The notes below the pieces were generated by a model. The model was not told where the DNA came from. It worked only from the letters and a program-made list of their open reading frames with translations, and searched no databases. A DNA stretch of 64,000 bases from Fimicolochytrium jonesii (Eukaryota). Of this stretch, positions 1 to 9,512 are shown piece by piece. The stretch covers positions 558,001-622,000 of the forward strand of contig NW_026515674.1 of assembly GCF_025526975.1 (NCBI RefSeq). Reading direction: 5' to 3'. How positions within the stretch are numbered: the first letter of the stretch is position 1; each line of letters begins with the position of its first letter. The position numbers and the translations under genes are program-made.

Positions 1-278
1 GGATTTGGCATGGTATCCGGAATCAAGTCGCTGTTTCGTCCAAAGCCCTTTGAAGGTGACGGCGGGTTAGGTGGTGGGACCGGGTTTCGTTCAGCTGCTT
101 TGCGGTCTGCGGGTTGATGGAAGCGAGACCCGTGCCGAAGCAAATTGTGGACGCCGACGTGCTGGGCAAGGTAGGTTCGTGCACCTTGCGTCACCGACTT
201 TTCCAGCTCAGAGTCTTCGGCGTTGAGGGTTGGGATTGGGAACCAAGGTGAGGACGCGGCTGCTGCGGCGGCGCTCAT
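1..278 (-). CDS. 5' part of a hypothetical protein gene running off the window edge
   Basis: ATG at 278 opens a frame (MSAAAAAASSPWFPIPTLNAEDSELEKS...) with no stop before position 1. No recognisable domain. Confidence 0.45.
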   Translation of the reverse strand, partial: MSAAAAAASSPWFPIPTLNAEDSELEKSVTQGARTYLAQHVGVHNLLRHGSRFHQPADRKAAERNPVPPPNPPSPSKGFGRNSDLIPDTMPN

Positions 279-843
279 ATGGGCGTGGACTCGACCCGGC
301 AGCTGCTCTAGAGCCGCGAGGCGAGCTTCGGATGTGGCAAGCTACGGGAAGCGCAAAATGACGGTAAAAAAAGCGCTGCAAAATCTCCTGACTTGTCAGT
401 ACGCAATGAGAAGGCCGGATGGCAGAGATGAGAGACGCGGCATCTCGACGTGGGATTTGACGCGAGATTACCTAAGCCGCCGACGCGAGAGACGCGAGAG
501 AGATATGCAGCTCGATGCGGGCAGCAGGCATGCCAAGACACAGGATAACAGTAATGTGGTTGAACCACCGAGGCGAACACCAGATGCAGTAATGAGTTAT
601 GCGAAGACGCTGCATTCGTCCATCGGCTATCCTGCGAGAGTGTCTCTCGTACAATTGAAATATGGAAATCTGGTAAGTTTCAACTTCTAAGTTCGGCGTC
701 CTATCTAGCCTGTAATAGGAGTGGGCCTTCGCTGTGTAACAACGACTGGGCCCTATATCATTCCGCTAGACGGCTGGTCACCAAGACATTTTGGCGACCG
801 TTGCGAGATACGCCTGCCAAAGAAGAGCTTGTCGCGCAGCTCC

Positions 844-3052
844 TCAACGATCCTCCTGCGTAGAAACAGCGAGCACCGTTTCTAATTTTCGCTTCTGGTT
901 CTGCGTGCTGCGAAGGTCAGTGAATGACTCCCAACATGAGAAGCATCGCACTATACAAATCAGATGCTCATACCCTTGTCATCCGATCTGTATGTGGCGG
1001 AGGAGGCAATCGTTTCTTCTCCCGTTTGACCTTCACGGCCGGTGGTGGCGGTTCCGTGATTGCAACAGTGCGAGTAACAGCCGCCGGAGTAAGCCTCCCG
1101 CTGCGCCGCGGAATAACAGGATTCGAATCCGGCTTTCCATCCTCTACAATCAGAATCGGAGACGCAGTCCGTGTGATGACGTCTGCTGCATCTGGAGAGT
1201 GCTGTGGAGCGGCTGTAACCGAAGTCATAACAGCCACTTCATTGTTACTCTCATCCTTCGCCGGGGAATACGTCAGGTCAAACCAACTATGCAACAAAAA
1301 CTAAAGTTTAGTTCCGACGCAAATCGAATGATTCGGTTCCACGGGTACCTGTCTTCTCCGAAATCCAGTGGATAGACGCCTCCTGTGCCGTTCTGGACAT
1401 ATGGCAGCAGCGACCGATTTCGATGCTCGGGGGGCAGAAAACCTGCTGCGAACATGTTCAACAAATGCCCGACTGAGTAACCGCACACCCTCTTGCACCC
1501 CTACCTGTTCGAACAGCTTGCTGCGAATTCCTGAATTGCGTCAATGCAGGAGCTACACTCACACCCACGGCGCCGTTGATTTCAGAAATGAAAGACTCGC
1601 GGACAGAACCGTCAGGCAACATCACTGTCTGCTGGGTAAAATTAACTGCAGGGGTCTTTACGTCGTTGCTTGCTAGATTCCCGAGCCGGTGACCATCAAG
1701 GCTCAACCTGCCTTCTATCGACGGATGATGGTGGATAGAGCCAGGTCCACGCGGCATCAAGGGCGAATTGGGTAGCGGCGGCTCAATGCTCTTTACGAGC
1801 GTTTCCATGCGTTCCAGGAACGACTCCAAGCGTGCTTCCACTTTTTTCGCCGATTCCGCAGAATGAGTATGCAATAGGGCGGAAATAGTATCTATATCAC
1901 ATCCAGGCGGGACCGAGGGTGGATTGGGTGGCGGTGGCTCAATGCTCTTTACGAGCGCTTCCACACGTTCCATGAACGACTCCAAGCGCGCTTCCACTTG
2001 TTTCTCCGATTCCGCAGAATGGGTATGCAACAGGCTGGAGATAGTGTCTACATCTGCCTTTCCTGCTATCGCCTCTCGTGCTTGCTGCGATTGCGTCCCT
2101 GTTATTTCCGACAGAATGTGATCCTGGCGACTATGCACAGCCCGGTGTTCCTGCAATGCAATATGCTTAGCGAGCTTCCTTGCTCGTGTGGCCCGAAATG
2201 ATGTAGGCAACCCTACCGCGCTGAGCTCATCAATGCGCTGATTGAGTTTAAGGAACTCGCCACTGATGACATTATTCCGACCAGTCTGACCGGTAACCGT
2301 ATGCAAGCGCTCCTTGACTGTCCAAACAATCAATGCTGTGCCCGTTTGCGTTGACGGCCGGAACGAATCAACTAGAAACCCACCTTGCTCATCCAACTTA
2401 GACAGGATCTCTCTGCTTTGGAGCGCAGCGGCGTGTTTGACAGCCAATTTCGCTTCATCCACAACGACGTTCCTTAGATTTTGCAGCTGATTCAAAGCAA
2501 CCTTCGTTTGCCGCAGCATATCTCCCATCAACGCCTCGAGATCTTTCTTCAGGACGAAAGTCATCGCCTCCGCTTGACGCGTCACAGTGGACCCGGAATG
2601 CGATTGCATTTGCGACGCGGGATAATTGAGGGAAGGCGTCTGCGAAATCGGCGGAGTCCCCGGGAAATGGATTCCGCTTGAGCCTAAACTGAAGCCAAGT
2701 ACTGGCGAAGCGGGTTCATTGCTTCTGTTATGGTGGCCTGCCTGGATAAATGCTGGTGCCTTTGCAAGGGTCTGGAAGCGAGATGAGGGCTAACGCAAAG
2801 GTGTCGAGTTAGGAAGGTCTCCCTCGCCCCCCCATGATCATTTGGAACGGACTCGCTAACCTTCCTTATAATGGACTCTGCCTCTACGAGAGCATTTCCC
2901 GTCACCTTCGAAACTGCTGAGCGTTGTCCCTGCACTGGTCTGGTTCCAAAAAGTGGAGGACTATAGCCTTGGGAGTCAACGAGCCCGTCGTCTGCAGCTG
3001 GGTTTTGACTAGCTGCGAGTTGCGACAGTGTGCCTGCGACTTTCTGAGCCAT
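844..3052 (-). CDS. Spliced hypothetical protein (about 5 exons) with an internal 52-aa tandem repeat
   Basis: ORF-track fragments 2684-3079, 1458-2609, 1273-1488 and 968-1297 join in frame through GT-AG introns, e.g. 2794..2742 (53 nt, GTTAGC...CAG) and donors GTAGGG, GTACCC, GTATGA. The last exon is ambiguous (stop at 844 or about 758). Confidence 0.65.
1766..2056. repeat. 156-nt-period tandem duplication inside the coding exon
   Basis: GCTCAATGCTCTTTACGAGC occurs at 1781 and 1937. Protein units are DVDTISSLLHTHSAESEKQVEARLESFMERVEALVKSIEPP and DIDTISALLHTHSAESAKKVEARLESFLERMETLVKSIEPP. Confidence 0.95.
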
Positions 3053-3176
3053 CTGCTCGGCAGCGACTTGCTTATACACAAGGTAGATGCTTAGACGATG
3101 TCAATCTTGGGCAGTTGCGGAGGTTCGGTTCCAACGCGCAATCTCGAGTCACGTCACGTACAGTACGGAATGAGAC

Positions 3177-3195
3177 TGCTCATGTCACATGAGCA
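3177..3195. repeat. Palindrome/hairpin TGCTCATGT-C-ACATGAGCA
   Basis: The 9-bp arms are exact reverse complements. A second small stem, GATACA/TGTATC, lies at 3204-3224. Confidence 0.9.
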
Positions 3196-3745
3196 ATCAA
3201 TAAGATACAATCGTTATCTGTATCACGTTTGGAATACAGACGCGATGCGTGATCATTAGCAATGTACAACAGGGTTGTGTTCATCAATAAAGCGCGTAAG
3301 ATAAAAGGACAACCACACACGATCGCAGTTCGAGAGAACGAAAGAGTGGGTTGGAAGACGCGAGGCAGGGTGGGATCACGTGGTTTATAATTGGGCTATT
3401 AGTCAGGACGGGATGGGCAGCTGCCTGAATGCCTTCGGAGTTCTCTTTCTTTCTTTCTTTACATCCTTGCGCATTTTCTCACGCTATAGACATTAGAACA
3501 CCACTCCCTCCCACCCCTTGTGTTCTTATGTACTACTGCGTACTGCTGATGCACGCCAATACACTGCTTCTTCATCCACATCGTTATTCGTGAGTGTGTA
3601 GGGAGGGCGCCGAGCACAGGAAACCCAGTCCCCAGGGCTCGCCAACGCACAGACCACTATCAAACAATACAACAGTGAATAGATGTGCCTTCTCCCTTTT
3701 GTCATACTTTGCTATAGCCCAATATTCTCACTACCGAGCGATGCG

Positions 3746-6226
3746 ATGGAAGTCTCCAACGTCTTGGGAGCTACAACGGGCAGTACAGACCGGCAGCTGA
3801 GCCCCGGCGAGTTCTTCAGCTCCGACGAGCGAGAAAGTAAAGACGACGATCAGATCAAGGCCGAGCTACATACCTATCTTGCCGAGTATCTCTGTGGCTG
3901 TAACAAAAATACGTGGATCACCAAGCTGCGTAACGTACTGAGAAGTATACCTGACCAACTGTTGCCCAGCATAACGGTCAAAGCATTGATTTCCAGCGCA
4001 CCGGTCTTCTCCGTATGGTCAAGCGACGTATCGCAAACCTGGTCTCGAAAGTTGTTATCATCATCTACCGGATTGGCCACAGCTCCAGGATCGACCTTTT
4101 CTGAAGCGTTCGCAACTCGCAAACAATGCACCTGGTCATCGATGGTCAAGCGCGGGATGAGCATGGATATTGACGGTTCAATATCCCGTGAACCTTTGTA
4201 CGTGTTATCTCGTACCGAAGCTACGGGGCGAGAATGCATGGCAACCAATATTAGCGAGGCGAAGGAGCGTGGGTCGTACCACGAGATCAAGAAGATCGCC
4301 ACCTGGTATCTGACAGAGAGGACCAACGGTAATCTTCCTGCCCTAGATGAAGCTGCCGAGTATGCGTTGCAAATGCAAGGCATACAAGAGCAACGAGAAC
4401 AGGACAAGCGTAGGGAAGACCGCAAACGGAAGTTGGAAGAACGCGAGGAGGGTGAGAAGAAGACGACCAAACGAGCAAAGCACCTTCGTATGCCAGCGGA
4501 AGAAGTGCAACACAGGAAAGAAAAGGCGGAACGAAGGGAAAAAAACCCGACAGCGACACCAGTTTCAAAGAAATCCAGAGCCAACGTGGCCAAAGAGAAG
4601 CAAGCCACCAAACGAATTCGTGCGATCTCTTTCCGTTTCTACCCACGGCCTGAACTGGAGAGCACCCTCAGCGCTTGGTTACGCATAGCGGATTTTATCG
4701 ATGATCACGTTAAAGAAGTCCTCGATTGATTTGCTACACAAGGCGAAAAACCGAGCTTTCCTTACCTTCGCGAGACGTACGTCTGTCTCTCAAGGAAAGA
4801 ATACGAAAGGCATCTGAAGGCAGGTACGCAATCCACCTTGAGTGACCTGGACAAACGCGTTCGTTACATCGACATGCCGTACGACGTTCAACAAGCGGTA
4901 GCTCAGGAGAGCGCGGACAACGTGCAGTCGGCACAGACAAACTATGAGAAAGGTCACAACTCTGGATATGAGACAAGAGGAAGAGACCCTTCCCGTCGAT
5001 GGAAGACTCTCAAGTTTCTTGCCGCTGGAATGTGCGTTCGTACCGACGGAGAGGTCGTGATGTTTCCAACCTTCAATCCGGAGGCTGACAGCGGAGTATA
5101 CCTGAAGGACGATCTGATTCATTTTCTCTGTCATGAGCAATGGCAGACGAGCCGTCACCGCGGAGTTAGACGTGAGAACCGGCGTTACGAACCCACCAAA
5201 CACTGGGAAAATCACTTAACGTGTGGGAAGACGAAAGGCGGACGAAGCTTCACTGTCCGCCATGACTCGTTGACAGGAAGGTGGTTCCTGATCATGGCCT
5301 ACAACGTTTGGCAGAAGGGTGCCCCTTTCCGCCAAGAAAAGCTAGAAGAGATCTTAAAAGATACCCGACGATGCGCGAAACGCGCTAGAAACTGGGTCCG
5401 GCATCAGGAGGAACTGTTCAACGTCAGTCACGCGAAGGGTAACATGTGTGCTATCGACCCTGGGGTTCGGGTGCCTTGGACTTGCTACGATGTCCACGAG
5501 AGAAGCTTTTACGACGTCTATCCCGACCTGTGCAATGTACTTGCTAACCGGTACAACGACATTGCTCTTCGTCAGCAACGTCAATCATTGGGAAACTGCA
5601 ACCGGACCGCACGTAAGAAGTGACGCAAGGGAAAACGTAGGTGGAAAAAGAAGGACGATCCATTGAAGCGACGCAAAAAGAAAACTCTCTGGAGGAAAAG
5701 CCATGCTTACCATCTCTCGCGACTCTACGAGAAAGCCAACGGTCTGGTCCGACATGCCCACAACGCCTTTGCGAACGCGCTCGTTAGACAATACGACATG
5801 ATCGTTCTACCGGAGTTCATGACGGCCGGCATGGTTCGCCGACGCCGCAAACTTTTGAAACTCCCACCGTTATCTAACGATCCGGGGGACGACAGCAACA
5901 ATCGAGTGCCCCGTGAAGGGAGTTTTCGATTGCACAAAACCACTCGGAAAGTTATGCAGAATATATCACACCATGCATTTCGCCAACGGTTGTTCGCCAA
6001 GGCCGAAGCCGATCCTTATCGACGAAAGGATGTGATATGCACCACGGAGGAATACACGACCAAGCAATGTCCGTTCTGCCATTTCGTACATCATACGATT
6101 GGCAGCAACAAGGTCTTCAGATGTGGGAATGCAGAGTGTGGCTTTGTTGGTGGGCATGATTGTGTGGGAGCATTCAATATCGGTCTTCGATCGATTGTGA
6201 AGAACGAGATTGCTCCCCGCACATAG
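3746..6226 (+). pseudogene. Fanzor (TnpB-family RNA-guided endonuclease, Fanzor2/IS607-like) interrupted by two in-frame TGA codons
   Basis: ORFs 3683-4729, 4838-5623 and 5663-6226 share one frame (offsets 1155 and 825 nt), with TGA only at 4727-4729 and 5621-5623. Motifs: TnpB N-terminal RAISFRFYP; RuvC-I AIDPGVR (D 5456); IVLPEF with Pro at the canonical Glu position; alternative Glu in EEYTTKQC (6047); Zn finger CPFC...CGNAEC; RuvC-III HDCVGAFNI (D 6158). Confidence 0.9.
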
Positions 6227-6365
6227 TTTGCTATTCATTGTCCCTACCTACCGGGACGGGGAGGACAACCGAGACGATATACTTTGTGATGGATTGGTAT
6301 AGGCACTCCCCATTAGATAGGTGTAAGCCTCATCAGACGCACTGAATTTGTTTGTTGTTCTCGCA
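6227..6365 (+). ncRNA. Candidate Fanzor omegaRNA (scaffold plus flanking guide)
   Basis: The position immediately 3' of the Fanzor frame is where TnpB/Fanzor omegaRNAs are encoded. Potential stems: TTGTCC/GGACAA (6238-6268), GTCCC/GGGAC (6240-6257), AGGC/GCCT (6301-6330). Inferred from position only. Confidence 0.4.
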
Positions 6366-6433
6366 AGCAAAATAATCTACCAATGTCCGCCAAAACTATA
6401 TATATCGGACACCTCGTCCTGCCCCCCACTATA

Positions 6434-8968
6434 TCACACAGATACGGGTGATCGTCTACGCTCAGGAGCACTGCCGATAGGATGGTGCTTGGCCCATTCA
6501 GTCAAGGTGATGTTGTACGTCTTCTTGAGCAGTCCACTGTTATGGAAAGGCGAAAGATATGCACCGGGTCCTGGCGAAGAAGCAGATCCGGAGGATTTAA
6601 ACCGTTTTTCCTGCATGTAGGGGGTTGTATTAATATTTCCACATGAGAATGACTCCCTCCGGAAAGCGTGGATGCGTCTTACCGTTGTCATGATCTTCCC
6701 ACTGCCCCTTCGCACATTCCGCTTGTCCAGTACTTGCGGCTCATACTGTCCCGGACCAGGAAGATTTGCTTCGATATTCGCTGATATTCAGGAGATTGTA
6801 AGTGCGGTCAGGTTCCTTCCCATGGTCATCTGACAAAAGAGCCGCTCGGCCCCATTACCTTGAAATATTTCACGCCGCGTTCCGCTGACCATTCCGCTCA
6901 ATTTCGGAACTCGATGCTTTTTCAGTGCCTCATACGCCTTGCCCAGCTCATAAGCACCTGGCGGTGGTAGTTCTGCGAAACTTACTGTTTAGCATCAGCC
7001 GGTATGCTGTACGCAAAATCAGGTCTCACCTGCATGCTGCGTTCCCGTGAATCGTTCTGTTTGCGAGCCGAAAACGGGAATGTGCGCCTTGGCGGGATTG
7101 ACCAGTAGGTGTCCAAGTTTGAAATGTGTTGGTCCTTGATCCATCATTCGTGTCATCCTGGTTACGGGCCGACTTCCGGCTGATCGCGACCGTGTTGAGT
7201 TAGCGACCTGTTCGTGCGCTTCCTGCTCAGCTAGAGCGTCCGCTTGTGTTTGATTGTAGGCTCCCGGACCGGGGTTCAGATTCTGTTGGGAATATCATGA
7301 GAGACGTGTGATGTGATCATCGGGGCTCGCGGATGACCTGCTTACTAGTTTCGGCTGTGGAAAACGTTCGGTCACTGAGCCGAATGCGTCATACCGCATC
7401 TTCTGCGCTTTCTTTGTGATTCTCTGTGCTAGACTGTCGATCTACAGAGGAGGTTCTCATAGTTATAGTCAAAACTGGTCCACCCACGTAGTCACACCGG
7501 ACCTTACCTCTTCGACGCTATAGCTACCCGGGGCCGGTGTTGAGCGAACTCTATCATCTCGTTCAAACCTGGATGCAGTTGCACCAAACGACTGAGATAC
7601 GAGCGGCCTCTGCATGCAATGAAGGATCTATAAGCGTGCTCCGACCCAAGTCTAAAGAAAGGTTCCACAAACCTTCTTAGTGGGCTTATCTGAGACATGG
7701 TAAGCGCCTGGAGCAGGAGTATTCGTCTGCTCCGTCACCGAAAAGTGCGCTGGATCAAGATGCCCTGTGGTCGTTGCGAAGCGGATACGTCCCCTCGGTC
7801 TCGCCAGGTTCTCTGTAAGCGGCGATCTCACTTCATATTGTCCTGGCCCGGGTATGTTTTTCTTTTTACAATCCTTCAAAATCTCATCCGTCACGCGCAC
7901 ACAGGGCGCCAAGGTCATGATGGCCGCCTCGTTGCCGGTTCCGGCTTTCTGGAAATACTGCTGGACTTGCGAAGACTCGTAGAGGCCAGGCGCTGGCGTA
8001 TCGTATATCTTGAAAGTCAGCCGCCCACCATTCTCTGCTGAATCGTGCGCGAAAGAAGGACCCCGATGCTCGTGGCGTGCCCGCTCAGCAAACGACGTTA
8101 TAGAGTTGTAAGCAGGCTCCGAGTTGGCTTTTTCTTTTGGTGGTTTGCGCGGCACCAGGTCGCCTTCGGAGTTCTCGCGGAAACCGAACGCCATTCGAGG
8201 AGGGGGTATACTCGGCGCTCCATGCTTCCTCTTCCACACAATCTTCCGGTTTTTATTTGGCACCGGGTATGTTGGCGGCTTCTTGCCGGTTGGGATGAGA
8301 TGCCCGTGTATCGACGGCTCAGCTCCATCGACCTCCGCATCCAGGTCCGCACCCTCGGGCCCATGAGCCGCGGCGATGGCTGCTTGTTCCAGGGTGACAT
8401 CGGCGGGTGCATCTGTGATCAACTTCTGCACTTTCGCTGGTGTATCCCATTTGGCATCCCGCCCAGGCTGTCTCGTCAATGGGTGCGTCCTACTGCCAAA
8501 CTCCGGCTCGTGCATCTTCACCACCTTCTTTGCGACGTGGAGTGCAATGTCATCGTAGAACCCTTCATAGGTCCCTGGGCCGGGTGTCGTGCTGTTGACT
8601 TTTCCGAACCGTGAGACCTTTGACATGCCAAACTCTGGCGCTTTGTGTGGGCTGTGGAGCGCCGGTCGTAGGAGCTCAACGGGATATTGACCTGGTGCTG
8701 GCCCCCGGATGACGGATTGATCGAAGAATGATGAGCGTGGGGTTAGGGAGGAGAATGGTGCATAGCTAGAGGGAAAGCGTCGATAAATCAGTAAGGTCCG
8801 CTGATACAATGATCCGTAGCTAAAGCCATCTTCCACATACCCCTCAGTCCCATGCAGTTTTCCAGCATAAAGCGCAATGTCATCGGGGGTGTAAGCTCCC
8901 GGCCCGAGCTTTGGATTGGCATGATCGGCATCGGGGGCCATAAATCGTCTTTCAGAGCGAGAGTACAT
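6434..8968 (-). CDS. STPG2: Sperm-tail PG-rich repeat (SHIPPO-repeat) protein, STPG2-like, multi-exon
   Basis: Starts MYSRSERR...LGPGAY and carries many P(G/A)PGxY repeats (PAPGQY, PGPGTY, PAPGLY, PGPGQY, PAPGAY, PGPGAY). C-terminal LLKKTYNITL. Confidence 0.8.
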
Positions 8969-9512
8969 GGCTGGCGGCTTTTCAGTCCAATGAGTCCAAC
9001 GAGATATTTCCACAGGTATGGCCTGAAGTGAACGCCGTTGGGAAAAGGAAAAGATGGCACGCCGTCGAAGTAAGGCAGGTGCCACAAAGAGAAAGGGGAA
9101 TTTACGTATGCTGCCACATTCGCACGGCGCAAATTCCTGGACTCCAAATGTCCGAACCCCGTGAAGCAAGCAGTTTAAGCTTATTTTTTGGAAGCTTGCG
9201 CTTCCCTAGCCCCAACTCCGATTTGAGATACACCAAATGCACAGCAAACAATCAGCGAAGCGAGTTCTCACAATAATAGTAAGTTGTCCTTTTCTACGAC
9301 ATGCGCATGGGCGGGGTTGCGTATTGTCAGAAATTCGACAGCGGTTAACAAATGACGGCGCGAATTAGTGTCACTTCATGGAAAACCCCAACCGAGAGTG
9401 ATGATGGAGCACGGAAAATTATACTCCGACGGAGAGCGCGGGAAAGGTGGTTGCACCTACAATATGATAGCTAATAAATAATCTATGAACATGCGGTGGG
9501 GCCGCGCGATTC

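Larger units (their letters stand above)
3161..6344 (+). mobile_element. Putative non-autonomous Fanzor-carrying element (boundaries tentative)
   Basis: An intronless Fanzor frame lies between host genes bounded at 3052 and 6434. There is an imperfect inverted match between CAGTACG--GAATGAGACT (3161-3177) and the reverse complement of 6326-6344 (CAGTGCGTCTGATGAGGCT). No transposase was seen. Confidence 0.4.

Noticed and set aside
3200..3745. IS607 serine recombinase or other transposase upstream of the Fanzor
   Set aside because: No YxRVS motif, DDE pattern or HUH pattern, and no long ORF was seen.
3874..4611. 245-aa minus-strand ORF
   Set aside because: Antisense shadow of the K/E/R-rich Fanzor N-terminus.
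4700..4745. An intron removing the first Fanzor TGA
   Set aside because: No good donor, and the candidate is only about 34 nt and would shift the frame.
5613..5680. An intron removing the second Fanzor TGA (GTAAGA donor at 5613)
   Set aside because: Nearby AG acceptors give lengths of 28, 38, 41, 56 or 68 nt, none a multiple of 3, and there is no pyrimidine tract. The read-through sequence is a natural K/R-rich helix.
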